A program made the translations under genes and the position numbers. Shown here piece after piece: positions 1 through 10,800 of a stretch of DNA of 38,515 nucleotides. Source of the DNA: Octopus bimaculoides (taxonomy: Eukaryota); contig NC_068982.1 of the NCBI RefSeq assembly GCF_001194135.2, forward strand, positions 89,507,421 through 89,545,935. Direction: 5' to 3'. The notes beneath the pieces were generated by a model that saw nothing but the letters and a program-made list of their open reading frames with translations, ran no database searches and was not told the DNA's origin. Positions within the stretch are counted from its first letter, which is position 1. Each line of letters begins with the position of its first letter.

Positions 1-465
1 GGGCTCTTAATTGTAGATTTTAAATATTCGAGAGACAACAATGCATAAATCGTAATTTTTAAAAGAGCAATGAATTCTATGTGATTAGAATATAACGTAG
101 CATGAATTTAGGAAGCTTAGAAAATGAATAAGTATGAATTTAAGACAACAACTGAATTCAATTGAATTTCATGGAGAGAAACAAGATAAATAATAGAGGG
201 CAAACTAAAGCGCGAAGGTATTATGAGATGTTTGAGGCCGTAAATAAATAAAAATCTCTATCTTATCTGCATCTTGGAGATTTCGTCGTAGTATGTCAGC
301 GAGATAATTTAGAATGGGTTTCTCATTTATATATAGCCAGAACCTGAAGAATATGCAGGTGATTTTGTATACATGCTCACTATTTGTATATATGTCTGTT
401 TGTGTATGTACGTATGTTTTCTTATATATATTTGGGTATGTGTGTACGTATATGTGGATGTCTGA

Positions 466-468
<3 letters not shown>

Positions 469-528
<60 letters not shown>

Positions 529-770
529 TCTCTTTCCTTTCTGTACTACAAGGTTTGCTATTTATTCTATCTCTTAACTATCTATACAACTCCTGATTAT
601 GAACTATATATAAACGTTTCATCCAAATGTAAATTCTGTATTACTGAAGAAGTTTTAATAGAAAATTTCTTACATGTTTCTCCAACATGTACAATTCTGT
701 AATTCCTCTTAGCAAATGAAACATGTGTATTGGGGAATAATACAAAAGAATTTTTCCAACTTCCTATTTT

Positions 771-810
<40 letters not shown>
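469..810. repeat. (TG)n at 469-527 and (CA)n at 776-810
   Basis: Direct reading; these are the source of the CVCV/HTHT ORFs. Confidence 0.98.
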
Positions 811-811
<1 letters not shown>

Positions 812-1349
812 TGTGATGTAAGAGAACACTCATAATGTGGAATGCATTGATAGAGTATCATACAGCTTAGATTTATATTTGTTAGACTTTTGAAGTTTAT
901 GGTTGATGATGAGACAAAAATGAAAAAGATTAGTAAGAATGATATTTAGTGATCAATACATACATTCATAAATTATAGACACAAATCATACGAAGTGCAT
1001 ATAGTTGGTAGCATGAAGTTATAAAAATTTTATGATAATAAACAATATTAGACACTGACTCATCTAAATATAATGGAGCAAGATGATTAATGAAAAAATA
1101 TATCAGTAATTTACTAAACTAATTTTTTTTTTAAGTCTAGAATCGATTAAAAAAATTTTTGAAATTCCAACATTAATATATTTTTGAGAAAAGGAAACTT
1201 TTTTAGTTCTTTTAATCAAATCACAAAACAATTGTTAATTCATTACAATATCTGCTTTCTGTTTCCATCTTTGAACTTATTCATTTCTGACTTATTCCCG
1301 ATTCAGCATCTTTATTCATTACTCGTTAGTAATAACACGCCTACAGATA

Positions 1350-2205
1350 TTGAGGTGAGCCAAAAATTTTGCAATATTTGCATACTTGCTAGTTTGCGTC
1401 ATGTATGTCATGAACCGAAGCAGTTGAAGCTGTGCAAGGTATCCACTGGGGTTGGTAGTACCGTGGTAGTTGGTGTTGCTGACACGTTGTGCATTGCTTC
1501 ACTCTGTGTATGATTTAAAAACTGTACACATGAATATGCAATGTAGTCTAATTCGAAAACTTATACTTTTTGAGTTCAAACTGGGCCATAACAATGTGAA
1601 AGCAACCAAAAACATGTGCATATAGTGAAATCGTAGTTGATCACAGTACAGTAACCAGATGGTTCAAGAAATTTTGCTTGGGTTGCAAGTGGATTCTGAG
1701 GCTGTACTCCAAGCTTTAGGGGTAAATCTGGTGAATAACACTCAGAGAATATCAGGTGAGCTCAGTATCTCATGGATGTATGCCACTATGTAGCTAAAAT
1801 ACCCAGCATTGGTTAACAGAAAGCAAGCTCTTCTGCATCAAGACACCACAGGACTTTATACCACTTGAATGATCTGGAATAAACTCCAAGGAATTGAACT
1901 GATGCCACAGCCAGCATGTAGTCCAAACCTAACTCCTTTGGATTATTACTTGTTCCGATCCATGGCTTACTTCATGTGCTTGTGATGCTTTATCAACCTA
2001 GAGGAGGTAGAGGCTTCAGTGAAGGAAATCTTCACCTCAGTGGACAAGAGTTGATATCAGTGTAGTGTCAAAGAACTGGCATAAAAGTGGCTTCAGGCAG
2101 TACAACATGATGGCCTCTACATTGAATATTAGGCTACTTTTGTTGTAACTTGATGAATAAAGCAATTAAGTTAGCAAATATTGCAAAACTTTTGATTCAA
2201 CACAA
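1350..2205 (+). mobile_element. Internally deleted, degenerate mariner (DD34D-type) transposon
   Basis: Imperfect ~30-bp TIRs (TTGAGGTGAGCCAAAAATTTTGCAATATTTGC / GCAAATATTGCAAAACTTTTGATTCAACACAA) flanked by TA. Remnants: LFEFKLGHN, VTRWFKKF, VDSEAVLQAL, ALVNRKQALLHQD, PACSPNLTPLDYYLFRSM, KELA*KWLQAVQHDGLYIEY*. The segment with the first catalytic D is missing. Confidence 0.9.
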
Positions 2206-2599
2206 TACTAGAAGTAAATCATGATGCAAGAGAGATGATATGTCATTTGGTAGGTTGGAAGAGTGCGTGGGGTGCAAGAGTAGGGGGTATAGAAAGAGTG
2301 AGAGACACATGATGGTGGCAAAGGAGAGATAATGTGGGGGATCGGGGATGATCACTGTAAAATGTGGGGAAAGAGGACAGTATAAGGATGAAGGATGGAT
2401 ATCAAGTAAAATGGTTCTGAGCTCTGAGAAGGATTGGTGATATCAAAGAAAAGCTGCAATTAGAGAGATGAGGGTGATGGGGGATGTTTTGTGGAGGAAA
2501 TTGAGTGAAGGGATCAGTTGTGCATATACTGTATGTACACATGCACAGCACTTCCAGAACTTAGTTTTACTGATTTGGGCAGTTTCTTGAGAATTGCAT

Positions 2600-2822
2600 T
2601 TCTCTGGTCAGTTTGCTTCTTTATTATCTCCTTCATAAAATTCAAGGACTTGAGATTATCCTTCAACATTTCATCCCTTCATCCCATGTCTTTCTAGGTT
2701 TTCCTCTTCTACTCACTCCATCATTTTATACAGTTGCCTTCATCCATATGCATCACATGTCCATAACAGCACAATCTTCTTTGTTGCACATTACAACCAT
2801 TTCCTTTTTAACCCTATCATGA
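2600..2822 (-). mobile_element. Older RTE-LINE C-terminal fragment
   Basis: Minus-strand remnants QQRRLCCYGHVMHMDEGNCIK and RRGKPRKTWDE match the RLRWYGHV.RM ... GRPRKTW motif. Confidence 0.75.
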
Positions 2823-3745
2823 CCTATACTACATATGTTTATATAAATACATATAAGTACGTATAAATGCATATGTATATATAAGTATATGTGTATGTAT
2901 GTCTATATATATGTGTGTGTATGAGTGTATATATACATGAATATACACATGTATGCATGTATATGCTTGTATGTGTGTGTGTGTGTGTGTGTGTGCATGT
3001 GAATATGTGTGTTTAAAATAAGTATATATGACTATGTATGTATATATATTTATGTAAATATATGTACATATTTATGTATGTATATGTATATACATGTATA
3101 TGTGTGCTCACATATGTGTCTGTGAATAAAAAAACACAGAGCAGAAATTTCTATCTTATGTGATTTTTACTAGTATTAATGTCTTCATCATATATGGGAG
3201 ACAACTTTGCAATAAAACAAAGATTTCCCAGTACTTCATGAAATAGTCACAGGAGAATAACTAAGTAAATTTGCAAGGATGTATGCTCTTCGACTTAGAA
3301 AAACTAAAATTGTTAAGAGCATAAAGTATTCAGTAATGCTTTCTGCATTTAGAACAATAGTTAGGTTGTTAAAATATTTAAGGTTGAGAGCATTGAAAGC
3401 TACATAGAAACAATGATGTGGTGGAAAATGTAATTTGTTGGCAGTCTTGTTGTCAGAGAAGAAAATGAATGGAAGAATATGCCGTTACCCCAAACCAACA
3501 GAATTAGTTACAGGAAATAATAAAATGTTAGTATATAATCTCTTGGGTAAAATCAAGAAAAGCAGTAAGTTACTTACAAATTGAGTTTGCTTGATGAAAA
3601 TATTAGGGTCGATAAAGCTGGCCCTAGTTGCATGTCTATATAAAATTGCTTGTTGTTTAACCACAGGTCATCCAAAATCCAACTGACCTAGATCAAAAGC
3701 ATTTTAGCTGCGATCACTTTTTGTTCTAACTTTTAGGGAAATGAA

Positions 3746-4080
3746 GGCGCACAGCTGAGTGGTTAGAATGTCGGGCTCACAATCCTAAGGTAGTGAGTTT
3801 GATTCTTGGACTGGCTGTGTGTTGTGTTCTTGAGCAAGACACTCTATTTCCCATTGCTCTAGTTCATTCATCTGAAGAAATGAATTGCAATGTCACTGGT
3901 ACCAAACTGTATCAGTCTTTACCTTTCCCTGGAATAACTTGAGTGGTATGGGGAGGGGAGGTCGGTATGCATGGGTGACTGCTGGCCTTCCATAAACAAC
4001 CTTTTCCAGACTTGTGCATCAGAGGTTAACTTTCTAGGTGCAATCCCATGGTCATTCATGACCAAAGAGGTCTTTATCCT
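3746..4080 (+). mobile_element. Second tRNA-derived SINE family; further copy at 17311-17636 and 3' fragment near 22425-22485
   Basis: tRNA-like head (gctgagtggttagaatgtcgggctcacaatc...gagtttgattc), shared body tgtgttcttgagcaagacact and shared tail ctaggtgcaatcccatggtcattcatgacc. Confidence 0.82.
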
Positions 4081-5155
4081 TTAGTCAAAAGCAAAGGCAG
4101 CGCCCATGGTCCTTTACAAAGTCTCTGAGACTGATGGGAAGGAGTGGCAAAGGTATCCTCAACCAAAACACCTTGCCCAATGCCTGCAACAGAGTAGACT
4201 GTGCTAAGGGCTCACATTGTACCAGCTGGTGGTGTAAAATCTAGCATCTAGGTAAACCATGGTCAGATATGAACTTAAAATGCAAAGAACCAGAACAAAT
4301 ATCTCAAGGCATCTGGTCCAATTTTCTTACAGTTCCACCAGTCTACTGCCCTAGGGTGATATCTTATTTTATTTTTTTATCAAGCCCATAAAGGATGAAA
4401 AGTAAGGGTGATGTCAGTGGGATTTGAGCCTAGAGAGTGGGAATAGATACCATTAGGCATTCTATCTAGCACTCTTATGACTCCAATTTGCCCAGTTCAT
4501 TCTGGTATTTACTACCAAGCAAACAAACAAAATGTCAAACCAATGAAGTGGCCTCTTACATGGTTATTCAACATGCAAGAAATAGCAGCCAAATCTTCAA
4601 GACAGACTCTATTTTGTCTTAAAAAATAAACATTCAAACATTGGACAGAGCACCTTTAATGATAAGTTCACTCTATGAGGGCTGGTCTAAACAACAATGA
4701 AATGCAAGAAAGAAATGTACTGATTTGAACCGAAGAATGAGATGCACAGAGGTAGAAGAAAGTGCACTATAATACAAAATGAAAAAAAAACACTAAACTG
4801 ATCAACAGGACAAAGAAATGCATTATAATGCAGAGAGAAGAAAATACTGTAGAATACAGCCCCCACAAAAGAATGGAAACAAAATGCATTTGAATAAGTA
4901 GAAATAGAAGATTATGCACTTTAATACATTAAAAAAAATGAAAATTCACTAGAATGTACAAAGAAAGAAAATAAAAATACACTAGACTGTAAAAAAACAA
5001 ATGTGACACATTTGAGTAAAACACTAAATTCTACTCAAGCAGTGATCATCGGAACTAGATCAACAAAGAGAAATAGAAAAAAGATCCTATATAACTGATT
5101 TGTAATGAAAGTTTTGACAATAAAATTCAAAATTTCTTTATCAGGAAACACTTAC

Positions 5156-5401
5156 ACATAACTCAAATTCATCATCCACTTTATTTCTGTGCAGAAGAAT
5201 GAATTTCCCAAATGTTTTCCATTCATTTTGAGCTTGATATACATTATCTTCATTGCTTAATACGTGCCGTTCACATTTCTGTACTGTCCGACTGTTTCTC
5301 TGACTGCTAGCTGTGTCTGATGTGAACAATACTTCCAATTCTTGTACAAGAACAAAATCCCGTGGATCACACATATTGATGCGCCGAGATTTCATCATAG
5401 C
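5156..5401 (-). CDS. PLCE1: PLC-epsilon exon, rest of RA2: AMMKSRRINMCDPRDFVLVQELEV...EDNVYQAQNEWKTFGKFILLHRNKVDDEFELC. Without splicing the frame reads on to a stop at 5143-5141.
   Basis: Acceptor ttctttatccattctag|, likely donor TGT|GTAAGT. 246 nt. RA motifs DFVL.QE, VYQAQ..WK..GKFIL. Confidence 0.92.
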
Positions 5402-5581
5402 CTAGAATGGATAAAGAAATAAAATAAATTTGTATGTTTAAGCAATGTTTAGAGGTAGATTCATGAAATATGTGTATGTAAAGATTTAAATATATAAACT
5501 GATTGAAGTAGTGATAGTACAGTTGACTTATGCAGGACCTTTTAAACTAGTGATACTAATATGGTTCGAGATAGGTTTCAA

Positions 5582-5684
<103 letters not shown>

Positions 5685-5800
5685 AAATTTAAGTCTAAGT
5701 CTTCCAGGACATAGATTCACTTGAGTTCTTCGCTTCATGAGTTAATTCTGCCATCAAGATAAATCATTGTTTAGATGGATGAAATAAATAACTTTGAATA

Positions 5801-6190
5801 GGTGTAGGAGTGGCTGTGTGGTAAGTAGCTTGCTTATGAACCTCATGGTTCATGGTTCAGTCCCACTGCGTGGCACCTTGGGCAAGTGTCTTCTACTATA
5901 GCCTCAGGCCGACCAAAGTCTTGTGAGTGGATTTGGTAGACGGAAACTGAAAGAAGCCTGTCGTATATATGTGTGTATATATATATGTTTGTGTGTCTGT
6001 ATTTGTCCCCCTAACATCGTTTGACAACCGATGCTGGTGTGTTTACATCCCCATAACTTAGCGGTTCGGCAAAGAGACTGACAGAATAAGTACTAGGCTT
6101 CCAAAGAATAAGTCCTGGGGTCGATTTGCTCGACTAAAGGCGGTACTCCAGCATGGCCAGTCAAATGACTGAAACAAATAAAAGAGTAAA
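5801..6190 (+). mobile_element. Full-length tRNA-derived SINE
   Basis: Pol III A-box-like TGGCTGTGTGGTAAG and B-box-like GGTTCAGTCCC, central (TA/TG) tract, A-rich tail. A homologous interrupted copy lies at 35184-35800. Confidence 0.88.
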
Positions 6191-7192
6191 TAAACTCTGT
6201 TGAATACTGTTAGTCATACATATTGTACATATGTATGTATAGCTATTTATTTATTTGAATCTGAGACCTTACTCCATCACTATTCTAAGTTTCCTCTTTC
6301 TATTTTATACAGCTACATATATGTATGTGTGATTAATTTATTTGAAATGTGAAACTGCATGACAACCCATTGTATAAATGTGTATGTCAATGATTGCAGT
6401 TTATCCTTTCGGATGAATGCTTTAAGCTAAATAAATGGTGATATGATGTCACAAATTATCTCCCAGCTCTGTGCTTTTGAAGACAAAACAGGGAAGGGTT
6501 AGGGACAGAAAAGACATTTGGCTGTAAAACATTTGTATTGTCTATGTGTGCAATCCATGCTAGCATGGAAACATCGTCATCATTTTAGCATTTGTTTTTC
6601 ACAGATTGCATGGGTCAGACAGAATTAGTTGAATCAGATTTCCTACAGCTGGATACCCTTCCACTCACCAACCCATACTTGTTTCTAAGCAAAGTAATAT
6701 TTCATTTATGAAATATGGAAGACTGGAAATAAATGATGCTGTTTCCATGATGGTGATGCTTATTTAAAATGATCACATGATGTCAAGTGAATGAAAGAAA
6801 GACACACATACATACACATCATTATCAGTATCATCCTTTAAGATCCATGTTCCATGGTGAGTGTCTTTCAGTTTCCATCTACCAAGTCCACTCACAAGAC
6901 TTTGAGCTGCCTAGGGCTATAGTAAACAACACCTACCTAAATAGCTGCACAGGGGGACTGAACCCAAAATGGCATAGCTGAGAAGCAAACTTATTAATCA
7001 CACAGCTTTGTCTGTGTACAATGTAAAATGTATAAATGATACCAAGCAGCTGATGCAGAGAAATGGAATGGTATAATCCTGACCAAGTATGAAACTTACA
7101 CACTGAAATGTTTAGAGAACAGCGTACTCAGACTATGAAACTTAAAAATGCTGTAGTACAATAAAAGTATAGAATTGTGAGTGAACATCTAC

Positions 7193-7342
7193 CTGAGTGA
7201 TTATATCTTGAGCTGTACTAGATACTGGCGCTTTAAATACTGTATAGGGCTGATCTGGTGAGACATTATATACACATACTAAAAACATATTCTCTTCTGA
7301 ATCCCAAACTGCTGAGTCATCATCAGTTGAGTCCATTTTTTT
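7193..7342 (-). CDS. PLCE1: PLC-epsilon exon, start of RA2: KKMDSTDDDSAVWDSEENMFLVCVYNVSPDQPYTVFKAPVSSTAQDIITQ
   Basis: Acceptor ttgctttgttctttttag|, donor CAG|GTAGAT. 150 nt, phase 0-0. Closely resembles the vertebrate PLCE1 RA2 segment F.V.V..VSP.QP.TV.KAP..STAQD.I.Q. Confidence 0.96.
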
Positions 7343-7723
7343 CTAAAAAGAACAAAGCAAATGCAAAAAATGAATGGAATTAAGTTAAGTTATAAATAAA
7401 GTTAATTTTAATTTTATTCTGTAAAGCATACAAAAGGAAAATAGAATTATATTTTAATCTATATCTGTAGTGATATAAGGTAATTTTGTTGCTTAGTTCT
7501 TTTTATTATTGTTTTATTATTATTTTATATTATTTATTTTATTTGCACACACATTGGTGCTGTCACTGTTTTGTGACTAATGTGACAAAACATTTTCTTC
7601 GTTTCTCTCCATAGACAGAGGAAATTAATCTAACTGACCAGCTTCAAACTTTGATGCTTTTCAGAGATAAAATACCATTTGATCTTCCTACAGAGAGAAA
7701 TATAGATAAAGCCTACATAGTCA

Positions 7724-7932
7724 TTAACCTTTTAGCTTTCAGATTATTCTGTCAAATATAATGCTTTTTCATTCACATTGTTTTGAATTATTTATCTTGT
7801 AGCTTTGAGATTTCAATGAGGTGACTGTGTAATTTTACAATGACATTGTAGGGTAGGTTTGAGAAGCTGGGCATGGTCTGTTTGAACATAAAATCAATAA
7901 ATTATTTGGGCCAGATATGGCCAGTTTAAATA
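7724..7932 (+). mobile_element. piggyBac-type MITE family 1, copy with the right TIR lost
   Basis: Starts TTAACCTTTTAGCTTTCAGATT and is collinear with the copies at 20724, 30722 and 37586. Confidence 0.8.
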
Positions 7933-8026
7933 TTCTGATCTTGCTTAATTGATTAGCTTAGTTTGCAGAGTGTTATTTTAGTGATTTATTTAAGTTAATT
8001 AATTAAGCACTGATTAGAATTCACTC

Positions 8027-8213
8027 TACAGTTCTATATTTAAGAGATGAGGAATTATGTACATTATTTACATTATTTACATTTGACAGATATTTGTCCT
8101 CATCTTGTTTGTTGTTAACACAACGTTACAGCTGATACACCCTCCAGCCTTCATCAGGTGTCTTGGGGAAATTTCCAACCTGGGTTCTCATTCCTAAGGT
8201 ATTTTTTGATGAC

Positions 8214-8244
<31 letters not shown>

Positions 8245-8496
8245 TCACTGCTTGGAATTGAACTCAGAATCATGGGCTACTAACCCCAAGATTTTGAGCT
8301 CGATTCCAAGCAGTGACTTGAATAATAATAATAATAATAATAATGACATAAAAAAATACCTTAGGAATGAGAACCCAGATTCGAAATTTCCCCAAGACAC
8401 CTGATGAAGGCTGGAAGGTATATCAGCCGAAACGTGTTAACAACTAACAAGATGAGGACAAATGTCCATCAAATGTAAATAATGTATAATTCCCTC
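8027..8496. mobile_element. Fold-back element: two inverted copies of a tRNA-headed sequence with a hammerhead-like, Penelope-style tail
   Basis: Arms 8051-8276 and 8285-8493 are reverse complements, including (TTA)n/(TAA)n tracts. The loop is only 8 nt. Confidence 0.9.
8396..8438 (+). ncRNA. Degenerate minimal type I hammerhead ribozyme motif (right arm); mirror copy on the minus strand at 8117-8162
   Basis: GACAC-CTGATGA-A-GGCTG(gaaggtatat)CAGCC-GAAA-CG. The mirror copy supplies CGTT-GTGTT, i.e. palindromic helix III, NUH site and the helix I partner. Confidence 0.65.
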
Positions 8497-10560
8497 TATG
8501 CTATATCTGTGGTGACTGTATATGTCATCATCATAATTGTCATTCTGCCTTTCCATGCTTGTACAGTTGGACTGGTTCTTTCCAACACAGTATTCTTTCA
8601 TTTGTTGTGTACCTTTGTCATTTCTGTTATGATATCCAGACTGGATATCTGCAACAAATGGTGAATTGATAGAATCTTTGGCCCATCTGATGATTTACCT
8701 TGTATTTTGTTCCGACTCTTTCTGCTCTGAGTTCATATCCCACCAAGAATAACTTTGCCTTTCTTTCAGGGTTGATATACAAATAGAAGTACCAATCCAG
8801 GGTGGTGAATTGGTGAAATTGTAATAACATTGGACCAGGTGCCTTGCATTTGTTCTGGCTCTTTTTAGCCTGACTTGCAATCCCACCATAGCATACTTGG
8901 ATGGTAGACTTTGTCATATGGTTTAACTCTGCCATCTGGCTTCTTGTGAACATTTATCTGAATTCATTCTGCTGTATACATTTTGGGTCAAGTCTGGTTT
9001 GGGAATACTTCCTCTCTTCCTCCCACCAATTATGGAAATCATAGAAGGTCAGACTAAAAAAAAAATCTTTTGCCTCTAACTATAATAATATTTATTATCT
9101 CTTTAAAGTGTCACTTATTTGAATTGACTTTTCCTTCATAGTCATTGTAACTTTTTAAAGAAGATATGCACGGGAATTCTAATTTATAAAAGAATGTGGC
9201 ATTTTTCTTTATAGATAGGTGATTAAAAAATGAAAATAGATGCCTCAAAATGTATTCATGTATTAATGCTCCACTTCTTGCCAAGAATACTAAAAAAAAA
9301 ATTCTCTCCCTCAAAAACCTTTAAATCAGCTGATAGACAAAAACAGAAGCAATCAGAAAATTAAATACAGAATAAATTAAATCTCATCAGAAATTAGGTA
9401 TTTCATGAGATTTGATATTTTCAGATATTTCTATTACATAGTTTCTCAGAAAGTTTATTTTCCATTTCTTTTGCTGTGATTTTTGTAGTCAATGTTGAAT
9501 TTTGTTAAGTAATGTTGTCAAGTCTAGGTTCAATTCTAATCAAGCAGCTCCATAAAAAAAAATGTGTTCCATTCATGACCAACTTCATGATCCATCAGTA
9601 TTTTGTACTGTAATCTTCCCAAATTCACAAGGATTTTCTTAAAATTTAATGGGTTTAAAAAAATAGGTTTTCCTATCTTATAAATTTAACTGCTTCAATC
9701 ACCAGGGCATGCCTTGCTATAAAAGCTTCTCATCAGAGATTTCCTTTTCATTTTTCCATAAAACAGTTATTGATTTTAATGTTTCTTGATGTCTCCACTC
9801 ACTCTAAGAACTGGAAGCAAATATTAAAACAAAAAAGAAAAAAGAAAATTTCTTACAATTTCAATATAACAGAATTCCTTCATCTATTCTTCCTCTTCAA
9901 GATAAAAGATTTTTTTTTTGCTCATGTTAAGGATAGAGAAGGTGAAACAGTTTAGTGGAATTAAATTTTAGACAAGTGATTTTGATTTCAATTTGATTAC
10001 AATTGTTTGGCAAGGAGTGTCAACGGTCTTTAAAAAAATCAATAACTATTCAACAGAATTTTTTTCTTGTATGCTGCTTTAACATGATTCTAATACTGAC
10101 CTTATTGAAGATATTGTGGTTGCTGAATAAGTGAAGATATAACAGATGAATATGAGTGTCATTACACATTTCGTTAAGACACTCTGTAATGTGTAATAAG
10201 TCTGATTGAGCCTATCCTTCTGCTACTGAAGCTTTCAATAACAGTCATTTGATATAAAAAATGGAAGGGTCTATAACTTCTTAAATCTTATGTTCAATTT
10301 TACAAGTGTTATCTTGTTATTATTTAGAACAAGGTCAAGCCTAGCCAAGCTGACCCCTGGTCAAAGGCATTCCAGCTGTGATTAAAGTATCTTTCTAGAC
10401 ATAGGGTAATCAGGATTATGTTATATAATATACACTTCCATTTTCTTTTAAAGATGATAGCGTCTAATTTGAGGAAGATCAGGTTACTATTTCTAGTAGA
10501 TCCAACATCAGCATCAACATCTTTAGCTTGTGCTGCATTGAATCTCTTGGCAAAACCTAC

Positions 10561-10599
10561 CTTGTCAAAAATAGGCAGGTCATCTTCTAAAAATGCCAA
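10561..10599 (-). CDS. PLCE1: Candidate 39-nt (possibly cassette) exon in the RA1-RA2 linker: LAFLEDDLPIFDK
   Basis: Acceptor gtaattgttttaaag|, donor AAG|GTAGGT. Phase 0-0 and frame-preserving, 150 nt downstream of the previous exon. No homology support available. Confidence 0.5.
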
Positions 10600-10749
10600 C
10601 TTTAAAACAATTACATACTATCCATGGTGATTTTCATTTTAACATCTGATTAATGTTATGAAACCAAGCTGAGTCATTTACAGGTTTTGGAAACATTTAA
10701 GTTGATATATAATTTCATTATTTAGAATTTAAAAAGAGAATGTATTTAC

Positions 10750-10800
10750 CTTTTGTTCATTTGTTAACATGGTGGTCATCCAAGCACGACTACTTGGGTC
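10750..10800 (-). CDS. PLCE1: PLC-epsilon 51-nt exon, RA1-RA2 linker: DPSSRAWMTTMLTNEQK
   Basis: Acceptor ttctttctgttgcttttag|, donor AAG|GTAAAT. Phase 0-0, stop-free, and continues the frame from RKMSD. Confidence 0.85.

Noticed and set aside
250-720. Fragments such as LGDFVVVCQRDNLEW and CITEEVLIENFLHVSP that vaguely recall a transposon-associated domain
   Set aside because: Interrupted by frameshifts and a (TG)n tract. The similarity is too weak to support without a profile search.
1414-1510. Possible terminal PLCE1 exon (acag|SEAMHNVSATPTTTVLPTPVDTLHSFNCFGS*)
   Set aside because: It lies in the antisense 5' UTR of the mariner relic at 1350-2205 and has no homology support.
8627-8953. 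108-aa minus-strand ORF
   Set aside because: It overlaps a short interspersed repeat fragment (8670-8810) and shows no recognisable domain.
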